Assembly: GCA_963707505.1 (NCBI GenBank) | Contig: CAVPQB010000005.1 | Span: 64,001 to 128,000 of the forward strand | Reading direction: 5' to 3' | Source of the DNA: an uncultured Gemmatimonadales bacterium | GTDB lineage: Bacteria > Gemmatimonadota > Gemmatimonadetes > Gemmatimonadales > Gemmatimonadaceae | Length of the DNA: 64,000 bases | Shown: piece after piece, positions 36,060 to 46,622 of the stretch | Numbering within the stretch: the stretch's first letter is position 1 | Layout of the letters: the number at the start of each line of letters is the position of its first letter | The notes under the pieces: model-generated | Told to the model about the DNA's origin: nothing | Seen by the model: the letters and a program-made list of their open reading frames with translations, nothing else | Database searches by the model: none | Position numbers and translations under genes: made by a program

Positions 36060-37733
36060 TAGATGCTCAGTGCCTGTCTGGTCGCGCGATGCGGGTGAGC
36101 CAGATCATGTAGAAGGTGCGCACGACGAAGATCGAGGTGACCATCGAGGCGGCGATACCGGCGAGCAGCGTAACGGCGAATCCGCGCACGGGTCCCGTAC
36201 CGTACTGATAGAGAACTGCGGCGGTCAGCGCGGTCGACACGTTGGAGTCGACGATGGCGCTCATGGCGTGACGGAATCCCTCATCGATCGCGAGACGCGA
36301 TCGGTCTTACCGTGGTCGAGCTCCTCGCGTATTCGCTCGAATATCAGCACGTTCGCGTCGACAGCCATACCGATGGAGAGAACGAAGCCGGCGAGTCCGG
36401 GCAGCGTGAGCAGTCGCGTCGAATCCGGCGAGCGCCGCCAGCGTGTACAGGATGTAGAGCACGAGTCCGAGCACGGCGAGCACGCCGGAGAATCGGTAGT
36501 AGCCGATCATGATGATGACGACGAGCGCGACGGCGATCACGCCGGCGGTGATGCTGTTGTGAATCGAGTCCTGCGCCGAGACTCGCGCCGATGTTCGCGA
36601 CCTCGGCGATCTTGAGCGGCACCGGCAGCGAACCGGCGCGAAGCACGAGCGCGAGATCCTGCGCCGCCTGCAAGATCCGTGCCGCCGAGTGTGATCTGAC
36701 CGCTGCGTGCCGATCGCGCTCTGAATGACGGGCGGACGTCCCATGACGCAGACTGTCGAGGACGATCGCCATGTAATCCTTGATGTGCTTGCGACGTCTC
36801 GTTGCGGAAGCGGCGGCCGCCTTCGTTGTTGAGCGTGAACTCGACGACGGTTCCTTCCGTCGGCGACGTGTTCGGCTTCGCGTCGGTGAGATACTCACCC
36901 GTGATGATCGGGTTGGCATCGAGCACGTACATCGCACGGTAGGTCTGCGATTGCCGAGCGATGTGGTGTCGCTGGACCAGCGGATCACCTTGCCTGGCGG
37001 AAGCGCGCCCTGCACCGTGGGGTATCGCGAGGTAACGCTGGACCGTCGGGACGTCGTTCTGCGCGACGTAGTACTCGCCGGGCATCTGGCCCTGCTGAAC
37101 CAGCTTGCGAGAACGCGCCCGCCAGTGCGTCGGCCTTGGCGTGTCCTTCTTCGATGTATCGCCGGCGCCTTCTTTGTCGTATCCGTTGGAGAAGAGGCCC
37201 TGGAGCGCGTTCTTGGCGCTGTCGTCGGCGCGGCCGCGGCCGGCGCACCTGGAGTGGCCTTCGCATTCGATGCGAGCGATTTGACGGCGGCGTCGAGACG
37301 CGGAAGCGCCTTCTCGAGCGCTCTGGTCTTGTCGGTTATCTGGAATTGAAGGAACGCCGATTTCTGAACGACGTCCATCGCGCGTTGCGGATCATCGATG
37401 CCAGGCAGCTCGACGATGATTCGGTCGTTGCCGGCCTTCTGCACCAGCGGCTCCGAGACGCCGAATTGATCGATACGAGTGCGGACGACCTTGAGCGCTC
37501 GATCGATTGCCTCGCCCTTGTTGGCAATGACGCCCTTGGACTCGTCGACTTCGAGCGCGAGGTGCATGCCGCCCTGGAGATCGAGTCCGCGCTTGAGCGG
37601 CACGCGCTGGACGGTGTCGTACGACGAAGACGCCGTTGCGCTTGACGCGCTCGATGACGGTGCGCGGAAAGAGCGCCCAGACCGAGCCCGCGATGAGCGC
37701 GAGGATGATGGCAATGCGGTATTTGAGTGACAT
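36059..37733 (-). CDS. secD: Protein translocase subunit SecD (multiple apparent frameshifts)
   Basis: [59 protein letters not shown]. Confidence 0.9.
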
Positions 37734-37758
37734 TGAATATCGAGTTTAGCCCTTAAGG

Positions 37759-38718
37759 TTACCCTGAGACGAGGCCACGGTCAACGCAGACCGCGCATCG
37801 CGACTCATCCAGTTTGATCTGCTGCAACCAGCTCGGCGGGCGATGCGAACGCCCTGATGTCCCTGAGGCGCTTGAGGACGTCGAGCCTGACCGGTTGCCC
37901 ATAGAAGTCGCCCGAGACGTCGAACAGATACGCCTCGATTGACCGTTCGTGCTCACCAAATGTGGGCCGCGGACCGAGATTCATCATCCCGCCGTAGGTG
38001 CCCTGCGGCGTGGCCACACGGACCGCGTATACGCCATCAGGAGGCAGCAGCTTCCGGGACGAAGGCTGCGACAGGTTGAGAGTCGGAAAGCCCAGCCCGC
38101 GCCCTCTGGCAGCTCCGGGAACGACGACCCCACTTATCGAGTACGGCCTCCCCAGCAGCTCTGCTGCACGCGGGAGATCGCCACCCGCGACGGCGCGACG
38201 GATCGCAGTCGACGATATCCAGCGTCCATCGTCGGCGGCGACGGGATCGACTACGTCCACTGTAAAACCGCGGCTCGCACCGAGCGATTGGAGCACCGCC
38301 GCATTCCCTGCTCGCTCGCGGCCGAAACCGTGGTCGTGGCCGATGAGAAGGTGCTTCATACGGAAGTCGTCGCGGAGCACCTGGTCGACAAATTCGGTCG
38401 CGCTGAGTGATGCGAGCTCGTGGGTGAATTCGAGCACCACTACGTGGTCGAGACCCGTCTCGTGCAAGCGACATCCAGCTTCTCTTCACCGACGGTCAGG
38501 AGCGGTGGTGCCGCAGCGGGATTCACGACGTCGAGCGGATGTGGCTCGAACGTTATGGCAACGCTGTGCAGTCCTTCACTCTTCGCGGCGGCTACGAGGC
38601 GAGAGATCACATCGAGGTGGCCGCGATGAACGCCGTCGAAGGTGCCAACGGTCACTGCGGCTCCCTTCACTTCCGGCGGCAGATGCGCACCGTCGCGAAC
38701 TATCCGCGCTGCACTCAC
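37759..38718 (-). CDS. ribF: Bifunctional riboflavin kinase/FAD synthetase (frameshifts near 38460 and 37825)
   Basis: GTFDGVHRGH, TFEPHP, ISSTAIR, GRGLGFPTLN, NLGPRPTF. Confidence 0.92.
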
Positions 38719-39415
38719 TCGGCGATCACCCTGAGCTTGCGTACCGTCGGCTTTGGAGTCGCACGCAGATCGTCGATCGTTGCGGCGTCGATGACGTCGA
38801 ACTCACCGCTACGTGTTCGACGCAGCGAGGTGAGATGTGCTGCGCTGCCGCATGCGCGCCCGAGGTCGCGCGCAAGTGCGCGCATGTAGGTGCCGCCGCC
38901 GCAGATGATGGAAACGTGCAGGTCGTCGGTCAGTGTGCGACGCGATTCGCCACTCGTGCACAGTGACGGGCGACGGTGCGAGCACGACACTGGCACCGGA
39001 GCGCGCCGCACGATATGCTGGCGCGCCCTCGTACCTTTTTCGCCGAGAACTCTGGCGGGACTTGCGGTATGACGCCGGTGAGTGATGGAATCGCTGACAG
39101 CACGGCATCACGGGATGGGAGAGCTGCTGTACGAATCACGTCGCCGGTAGGATCGCCCGTGTCGGTCTCCTCGCCGAAACGGATCGTCGCGTCGTAAACC
39201 TTGGGCTCGTTATCGATGAAGGTCGCGAGGCGTGTGGCCCGTCCGAGCAGAAGTACGAGCAGTCCCGTGGCAAATGGATCGAGGGTGCCGAGATGGCCGA
39301 TGCTGCGTTCGCCGTATACGCGGCGCGCGATATCGACGACATCATGTGATGTGATTCCCGCTGGTTTGTCGACGAGCAGCAGACCAGAGTACGTCGCCGT
39401 CGTCACCGCTTCCAC
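38715..39415 (-). CDS. truB: tRNA pseudouridine(55) synthase, short form (one frameshift near 39045)
   Basis: VDKPAGITSHDVV, GHLGTLDPFATGLL, QVPPEFSA, GTYMRALARDLG, LRRTRSG. Confidence 0.9.
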
Positions 39416-39771
39416 GGTTCGAGTCTTCCGCCTTGATCTGTGCCAGGAGCGACTCGATGCGCGACGCTTTCGCGCGCAGTCTCGTCGATCTGGAAATCGA
39501 GCTCGGGGGCGAGTCGCAGCCGGAGCGCGCGACCGATCTCGCCGCGCAGCCGATGGCCGACCTGATTCAGAACGGCGACCGGATCGGTGCCATCACTATC
39601 CATCACGCTCACGTAAACTCGCGCGCGCCGGAGATCCGACGTGACATCGACGCCGGTGACCGTGACCATTCCGCGGATGCGAGCATCACGCGAGCCACTC
39701 GTGAGATAGGATGCGATCTCCTCACGAATGGCGGCGGCTACGCGCTCAGCGCGGCGATTGTCGCGAGGCAT
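39403..39771 (-). CDS. rbfA: Ribosome-binding factor A (3' end possibly frameshifted)
   Basis: [40 protein letters not shown]. Confidence 0.9.
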   Translation of the reverse strand: MPRDNRRAERVAAAIREEIASYLTSGSRDARIRGMVTVTGVDVTSDLRRARVYVSVMDSDGTDPVAVLNQVGHRLRGEIGRALRLRLAPELDFQIDETARESVAHRVAPGTDQGGRLEPWKR

Positions 39772-39780
39772 TGCGAGACC

Positions 39781-42710
39781 TCACGATGCCGCCGCGCTCG
39801 ACGCAAGCGTGCGCGCGACCTGTTCCTTGGTGTAGCACTCGAGGACGTCGCCGACCTTGATGTCGTTGAAGTTCTCGATGCCGATACCGCACTCGAAGCC
39901 TTCGCGCACTTCCTTCACGTCGTCCTTGAAGCGGCGCAGCGAGCCGATGACTCCGTCGTAGATCTCGACGCCATCGCGAATGACACGCACGCGACCAGTG
40001 CGGTTGATGATTCCGCTCCGCACACGAGCAACCGGCGATGACGCCGATTCGCGAGACCTTGAACATCTCGCGGACCTGTGCGTCGCCGAGCACGACTTCG
40101 CGCTCTTCGGGACGAAGCATGCCTTCGAGCGCGAGCGTGACGTCTTCGACCGCTTCGTAGATGATCTTGTACAGCTTGATCTCCACGCCTTCGCGCTCGG
40201 CGGCAGTGCGCGCGTTGTTGTCCGGACGCACGTGGAAGCCCGACGATGATCGCACCCGATGCACGCGCGAGCAGAATGTCGCTCTCCGTGATCGCACCGA
40301 CACCGCGATGAATGACCTCGACCGAGACTTCGTCGTGCGACAAGCTGGCCCAACGCGTCGGCGAGTGCTTCCGCCGGACCGCCCTGATCCGCCTTGATGA
40401 CGATGCGCAGCGCGCGCGCCTGACCTGGCGCCGTCTGCGACATGAAGTCTTCGAGCGACACGACTGCCCTTCGTCGTGCGACGGCTCTTCGCTTCGCGGT
40501 CGAGCCGCTGACGACGCTGCGCGATCTCGCGCGACTCCAGTTGCATCCTCGACGACGACGAACTGATCGCCAGCCATTGGAACGCCACCGATGCCGAGGA
40601 CCTGAACCGGAATCGCCGGACCAGCGCTCTTCATGGTTGCGACCGCGCTCGTCGAGCAGCGCGCGCACGCGGCCGGAGTACATGCCGCAGATGAAATCGT
40701 CGCCGACGTGCAGAGTGCCGTTCTGACGAGAACGGTCGCAACGGGACCCTTGCCCGGATCGAGCTGCGCTTCGATGACGGCGCCGACGTGCGCGACGGTT
40801 CGGATTCGCCTTGAGGTCGAGAATTTCGGCCTGCAGCAGAATCTGATCGAGCAGCGCGTCGACGTTCGTTGCCCTTCTTCGCGAGATCTCGCTCGAGAGG
40901 TCAGTGCCACCGAACTCCTCCAGCACGACACCGTGCTGAAGGAGGTCCTGCTTCACCTTCATCGGATTTGCGCCCGGGAGATCGATCTTGTTGATCGCGA
41001 CGATCATCGGCACGCCGGCGTTCTTGGCGTGCGAGATCGCTTCGATCGTCTGCGGCATCACCTGATCGTCAGCAGCGACGACGAGCACGACGATGTCGGT
41101 CACCTGTGCGCCGCGCGCGCGCATGGCCGTGAATGCTTCGTGACCAGGAGTGTCGAGAAACGTGATCGCGCTTGTCGCCCGGCAGCGTGACGTGATACGC
41201 GCCGATGTGCTGCGTGATTCCGCCCGACTCGCCGGCGACGACGTTCGCCTTCCGGATGTAGTCGAGCAGCGACGTCTTACCATGATCGACGTGACCCATG
41301 ATGGTGACGACAGGCGGACGCGGACACGAGCTCTTCCGCAGTGTCCTTCGTCGAGCAGTCGTTCCGAGATCCGCGGCGTATTCCTCTTCCTTGCACGGCC
41401 TGGAAGCCGAATTCGCCAGCGATCAACTCGATCTGATCGAAGTCGAGTCGCTGATTGATCGTGACCATGAGGCCGAGGTTCTTGAAGGCGAACCCGACGA
41501 TCTGGTTACCGCGGGAGTCTTGAGCATGCTGCGCAAGCTCGCTGACGGTGATGAACTCGTTGACGCGAACCGTCTTCTTTTCCTTTTCGACAGCGGCCTT
41601 GCGCTGCGCCTCCACTTCTTCGCGCGATATGTTCCATCGTCGGCGCGGCGAGCTCCGCCGCGACGAGTCTGGCCGCGCATGGACGTCATCGTCTTGAAGA
41701 TGTTCGCCGACACCGCTTCCTGATCTACGCGACGACCGCGACCGCGTCCACGCGAGCGGTCATCCTGGCGTGCAGGTGCACGATCGCCCGTAGGCCGTGG
41801 ACGACTCTCGCGCGACGGAGTACCCGGAACGCTGGTCGAAGCGGCGGCGGCTGGACGCGCATTCGGTGGTCCGGAACCCTGGCGCTGATTGCTCGAGCTG
41901 CCCGGGCGCGGACGTGGACCACCGGGGGTCAGCGGACGCGGAGGCGTCGCGCTGGCGCGGGGTTGAAGCGGCGGCAACGGTGTTGGACGCGGGCGGTCTG
42001 GTCGTGCAGACTGCGGACGCGGTGTAGCTGGCGTCGGGGCAGAATGCGCGGTCTGCAACTCTGGACGCGCGGGCGGCACCGGTGCGGGAGCTGGTCGTTC
42101 CGCTTGCGGCGCAGCAGCGACTGGCTGCGGCGTGACTTCGCGTGGCGGCCTCGCCGGCTCGGCGGGCTTTTGCACCTGCTGTGTCGGCGCAACCGGAGTT
42201 GGCCTGGCAGTCGCTTCGACCGCAGGCGCCGGCTTCGTTTCGGCCGACGGCTCAACGACAGGTGCGGGACGGCGCACGCGAGCAGCCTGAACTGGCTCCG
42301 GCTCCGCGGCCTTCTCGACCGGAGCGGGCGTCGGAGCAGGCGCCGGAGCGGGCGTCGGAGCGGGCGTCGGAGCAGGCGTCGGATGGTGCGGCAGCCACTA
42401 CTTCAGGCTCGTGCACCACTTCGGCAGCGCGACGACGACGAACCGCTGGAGCTGGCTCGGGTTCAGGCGCAGGGGTTTCGGCCGCAGCGGCAGAACCGCG
42501 GCGACGTCTGGCACCGGCGGCAGGTGCGGGCGCGGCGGACCGGGCGCGCTTTTCACGCTCCCAGCGCGCACGAACTCGCGCGACCTGATCGTCGGTTAGC
42601 GGACTCACGTGACTGCGTACTGGGATGTCCATCTGACGCAGGAGGTTGATTACCTCGTCAGCGGGAATCCCAAATTCACCAGCCATGTCCGTTACGCGCA
42701 ACTTACTCAC
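39781..42710 (-). CDS. infB: Translation initiation factor IF-2 (many apparent frameshifts)
   Basis: [58 protein letters not shown] across frames. Confidence 0.93.
42320..42383. repeat. 12-bp tandem repeat x5 in the IF-2 Pro-rich linker
   Basis: CGGAGCRGGCGY x5; encodes TPAP-like units on the minus strand. Confidence 0.8.
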
Positions 42711-43029
42711 CCAGTTCTCCCTGTCCCCGGTACGTGGCTCTCACGCCACGTGCCAACTTGGCATCCAGGACGCCGACGACAGCCGTCGTCGTGCGCCCAA
42801 CAGCCCTTCCGAGCTCGTCGGCTGAGGCTGTTTCAATCATAGTAACACCGCGCCCCTGGAGCAGCGGGACGATCTTGTCGCGGCTGTTGGATGACGCGTC
42901 GGCAGCTACAATCGCCAGCCGAAGTGTCCCCTTGAAGGCCGCATCCCTCGTTCTATCAACGCCTACCACGACCAGTCTGCCACGTGCTCCGAGGCCGATC
43001 AGTCGCAGAGCGGCTTTATCGTCCGTCAC
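42703..43029 (-). CDS. L7Ae/YlxQ-family RNA-binding protein
   Basis: LRLIGLGARGRLVVVG, VAADAS, ELGRAVGR; between nusA and infB. Confidence 0.85.
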   Translation of the reverse strand: MTDDKAALRLIGLGARGRLVVVGVDRTRDAAFKGTLRLAIVAADASSNSRDKIVPLLQGRGVTMIETASADELGRAVGRTTTAVVGVLDAKLARGVRATYRGQGELGE

Positions 43030-44399
43030 GTCGTGGCCGGTGGCTCCGCTTCCGGAGCAGCCGGCTCGGTGGTTTCACCGTCCACCGCCGTCGCTTCCTC
43101 GTCCGGAGCATCGGTGGTCAACTCGTCGATGATCGCCACGAGCTTTTCCGCATCTTCGATCATGATGCCGGGAAGCTTGAGGAAATCCTCACGCTCGAGA
43201 TCGAGAATGTCGTCCAGACGCCGATAGCCAGCATTTTCCAGGATTGCAACCGTCGCGGGTGGCAATCCTTCGATGTCGGCCAACTTCGGGTTGGTTGCGT
43301 TTGGCTGATCTTCGAGCGGTGCGAACGGCAGCGTGTCAGCTGCGCGCTCCATCCACTCTCGACTCGAGTAGAGATCGATCTTCCACTCGGTGAGCTCGGA
43401 GGCGAGACGCACGTTCTGTCCATTCTTGCCGATCGCGAGCGAAAGCTGATCCTCGTCCACGATCGCCTGAATCGTGCGCGTGGTGGCATCACTGAATACA
43501 CGGGCAACCTTGGCAGGTGCCAGTGCGAGACGCGCGAAGCGCTCAGGATCACCGGACCACGGGACGATATCGATGCGCTCACCGCTCAGCTCGTTCACGA
43601 CCGCCTGCACGCGTGCGCCCTTTACGCCGACGCATGCACCGACCGGATCGACCGCCTCGTCCCGCGAGAAGACGGCGATCTTGGTGCGGCTTCCGACTTC
43701 ACGTGCGACCGAACGAATCTCGACCGTGCCAGCCTGAATCTCGGGCACTTCGAGCTTGAACAGCGCCTGAACGAACAGACCGTCTGCGCGGCTTAGCACG
43801 AGGCGCGGGCCCTTGGGCGTCTCCTCGACCTTCTTGAGAACTGCGCGAATCGGCTCGCCCTGATGGTAGTGCTCGCGGTGATTCTGCTCGCGATATGGCA
43901 TCACGGCTTCTGCTTCGCGGAACCGGTTGAGCATGATGACGAGCTTGCCGCGCTCGATCTGCTGCACCTCGCCGCTCAACAGCTCACCAACGCGCGACGT
44001 GAACTCATCGCGAATCTTGGAGCGCTCACCTTCGCGCACGCGCTGCAGAATGCGCTGCTTGGCCGCCTGCACTGCCGAGCGCCCGAACTCCGCAAAATCG
44101 GTGGGGATTTCCATGACGTCACCGACCTGGAACTCCGGATCTTCAAACCGTGCTTCTTCCAGCGATATCTCGCGAGCGGCGTCTTCGACCTTGTCCACGA
44201 CGGTCTTGAGCAGCACGATACGAATGGCACCGCGATCTTCGTCGATGTCGACTTCCGCCTGCACCGGACCGCCGTGCTTCTTGGCGAGTGCGGCGAGGAT
44301 ACCGTCCTGCAAAAGATCGCGCAGCTCCGAACTGTCCATTGACTTGGAGTTCGTCAGCTCGCGTATCGCTGTCAGGATGTTTCCAGATTCGACTGCCAT
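43026..44399 (-). CDS. nusA: Transcription termination/antitermination factor NusA
   Basis: FGRSAVQAAKQ, LEVPEI, DPVGACVGVKGARV, SLAIGKNGQNVRLAS. Confidence 0.96.
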   Translation of the reverse strand: MAVESGNILTAIRELTNSKSMDSSELRDLLQDGILAALAKKHGGPVQAEVDIDEDRGAIRIVLLKTVVDKVEDAAREISLEEARFEDPEFQVGDVMEIPTDFAEFGRSAVQAAKQRILQRVREGERSKIRDEFTSRVGELLSGEVQQIERGKLVIMLNRFREAEAVMPYREQNHREHYHQGEPIRAVLKKVEETPKGPRLVLSRADGLFVQALFKLEVPEIQAGTVEIRSVAREVGSRTKIAVFSRDEAVDPVGACVGVKGARVQAVVNELSGERIDIVPWSGDPERFARLALAPAKVARVFSDATTRTIQAIVDEDQLSLAIGKNGQNVRLASELTEWKIDLYSSREWMERAADTLPFAPLEDQPNATNPKLADIEGLPPATVAILENAGYRRLDDILDLEREDFLKLPGIMIEDAEKLVAIIDELTTDAPDEEATAVDGETTEPAAPEAEPPATT

Positions 44400-44404
44400 G
44401 GTGC

Positions 44405-44680
44405 CTACCTCTTCCAGTTGATTTCAGCATCATCGGCAATGCCACGCGACGACACTTCGAGCGTATAGAACTCGCCCAGCGACCTCTCGGCATCGAGGCG
44501 TTCCTCGATGGCGCGCGACGCACGAGCGCAATCTCCGGCAGTGACACCCTCGCCATCGCGCCGAGTGATTCTCACCTCGAGCACGGATCGACTTCGGGTA
44601 CCACGCTGCCGGACACTAAAAACATCAAACCCCAGAGGTGCAATCGCTTGTACCACAACGTCTTGCAAGGCAGGGTTCAT
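44405..44680 (-). CDS. rimP: Ribosome maturation factor RimP, N-terminal domain only (91 aa)
   Basis: GVTAGDCARASRAIEERLD..YTLEVSS; first gene before nusA. Confidence 0.8.
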   Translation of the reverse strand: MNPALQDVVVQAIAPLGFDVFSVRQRGTRSRSVLEVRITRRDGEGVTAGDCARASRAIEERLDAERSLGEFYTLEVSSRGIADDAEINWKR

Positions 44681-44706
44681 GTGATTTCTAACTGACCTCT
44701 ATGAAT

Positions 44707-44734
44707 AAAAAAATGCGGGGGACCACCCCACATT
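44707..44734 (-). promoter_or_regulatory. rimP-leader hairpin/attenuator
   Basis: Minus strand AATGTGGGG-TGGTC-CCCCGCATT plus T-run about 27 nt before the rimP ATG; TTGCTT-16-TAGATT promoter-like at 44794-44767. Confidence 0.6.
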
Positions 44735-44812
44735 GAAAACGCCTCCAAGGTGCGGGGCGTGATGGAAATCTACTCATATAAGAGCAGAAAGCAACTCTGT
44801 GAGTAGGGGCGC

Positions 44813-45361
44813 TTACACCTTCTGCGCCAGCGCCACTATCCGTTGAACCTGGTCCTGCTGCGTGAGATAGGTAGTGTCGATCAGAACGGCGTCGCGCGCC
44901 TGAAGCGTGTTGGTGGCATCATTGGCATCGCGCTCTACGAGCAGTCGGGTTTCGTCGGCGATCTCGGCGTCGGTGGCAGAGCGCTCCAGACGCTGGTGCA
45001 AACGGCGACGGGCGCGCTCCCACGGGTCGGCGACGAGAAAGATCTTGAGCTGCGCGTCGGGAAAAACAACACTGCCGATGTCGCGACCATCCACTACGAC
45101 ATTCTCGGTCGCGGCTGCACGCCGAAGCTCCGCATTCACCGCGGCGCGGACCTCAGGCATCTGGGCGACCGACGAGACCGCCGCGGTAACCTCCATGGAG
45201 CGCAGATCGGCGATCCCCAGGCGGCGACCGGTTTCGGCGCGATACAGCGCGCCCGAGTCCAGGTGCCTGTATCCCAGCTCGCGCGCCACCCACGCCGCTG
45301 TTGACGATTTACCCGACGCGGCTGGACCATCGATAGCGATCACCACGGTGCTACGCGACAC
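44813..45361 (-). CDS. cmk: Cytidylate kinase, short form
   Basis: IAIDGPAASGKSS, LDSGALYR, VDGRDIGSVVFPDA, KIFLVA..RARRR; follows aroA. Confidence 0.9.
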   Translation of the reverse strand: MSRSTVVIAIDGPAASGKSSTAAWVARELGYRHLDSGALYRAETGRRLGIADLRSMEVTAAVSSVAQMPEVRAAVNAELRRAAATENVVVDGRDIGSVVFPDAQLKIFLVADPWERARRRLHQRLERSATDAEIADETRLLVERDANDATNTLQARDAVLIDTTYLTQQDQVQRIVALAQKV

Positions 45362-46622
45362 GTCGCAGATCACTCCAGAATGAAGGATAGGACACACTGA
45401 CGCAATCCGGGGTTATGATCTCGATCTCGTTGCCTGGGAGGGCGCCGAGTACGCCGAACGCCATCGCGATACGATGGTCGCCGTGCGTCTCGATGCGGCC
45501 TGAAAGTGGCGATCGACTTCCGCGAATCACCATGCCATCGGGACGCTCTTCGGCATCCACACCGATCGCCTGAAGATTTCGCACGACGGCTGAAATGCGA
45601 TCGCTTTCCTTGACTCGCAGCTCGCTGGCGCCGCTGATCACCGTCTCGCCTTCCGCGCGAGCCGCGAGGCACGCGAGGATGGGGACCTCGTCGATCATCG
45701 AAGGCATCTCGGCGGCGCCGATCGCCACGGAGCGCAGGGTGTCCGTGCCTGTCGCGCGTATGGTGGCAGTGGGCTCGCCGCCTTCATCGGATGAGTCCAG
45801 GAGCGAGACCAGCGTGCCCATCCGTTGAACGACGTCGAGGAAGCCGGTGCGCGTGGGATTGACGCAGACGTCAGGCATGTCAAGCGTGCGCCCGGGAAAT
45901 AGCGCCGCGAGCGCTACGAAAAATGCCGCGGACGACGGGTCGCCCGGTACGTGCGTGTCCATCGCTCGCATCGAGCGCGCAACGCCAATCGACACGGACT
46001 CACCGTCCACGACGATCGGAACGCCGCGCGCAGCGAGCATGCGCTCGGTGTGATCGCGCGACCGGGTCGGCTCTGTCACGTTGGCGCTGACCTGCGCGTT
46101 GAGCGCGGCGAGAAGAATCGCACTCTTTACCTGCGCGCTCGCGGTGCGGCTGTTCCAGCCAATGCTTCCGAGGGTGCCGCCATGGATCGTCAGCGGCAGC
46201 CCGTCAGCATCACCCTCGATCGTGAAGTGCGCGCCCATCTGCTCGAGTGGCTCGGTAACTCTTCGCATCGGCCGACGACTGAGACTCACGTCGCCGGTGA
46301 GCGTGCTGTCGAAAGGATGCGCCGCGAGCACGCCGGACATGAGCCGCGCCGTGGTCCCACTGTTGCCGCAGTCGAGAGGCCGTCTGGGCGCCAGGAGACC
46401 ACGAAGTCCACGACCATGCACGGCTATGCTGTCATTATCCGGCTCGATGCGCACGCCGAGCGCGCTCAACACCGACGCGGTGCTATCGACGTCGGCAGAG
46501 CGCAGAAGACCGCTGATATGGCTCGTGCCATCGGATAGCGCTGCGAGTATGAGGCTGCGATGGGAGATGGACTTGTCGCCGGGGACCCGTACGGTGCCGC
46601 GAACTGACGCGGTGCCGGTCAT
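45351..46622 (-). CDS. aroA: 3-phosphoshikimate 1-carboxyvinyltransferase
   Basis: PGDKSISHR, DCGNSGTT, SAQVKSA, RDHTERML, ELRVKESDR, DHRIAM. Confidence 0.97.
   Translation of the reverse strand: MTGTASVRGTVRVPGDKSISHRSLILAALSDGTSHISGLLRSADVDSTASVLSALGVRIEPDNDSIAVHGRGLRGLLAPRRPLDCGNSGTTARLMSGVLAAHPFDSTLTGDVSLSRRPMRRVTEPLEQMGAHFTIEGDADGLPLTIHGGTLGSIGWNSRTASAQVKSAILLAALNAQVSANVTEPTRSRDHTERMLAARGVPIVVDGESVSIGVARSMRAMDTHVPGDPSSAAFFVALAALFPGRTLDMPDVCVNPTRTGFLDVVQRMGTLVSLLDSSDEGGEPTATIRATGTDTLRSVAIGAAEMPSMIDEVPILACLAARAEGETVISGASELRVKESDRISAVVRNLQAIGVDAEERPDGMVIRGSRSPLSGRIETHGDHRIAMAFGVLGALPGNEIEIITPDCVSVSYPSFWSDLRRVA

Noticed and set aside
42320..42383. Phase variation of infB through the 12-bp repeat
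   Set aside because: The unit is a multiple of three so copy change keeps the frame; nearby frame breaks match the general error zone.
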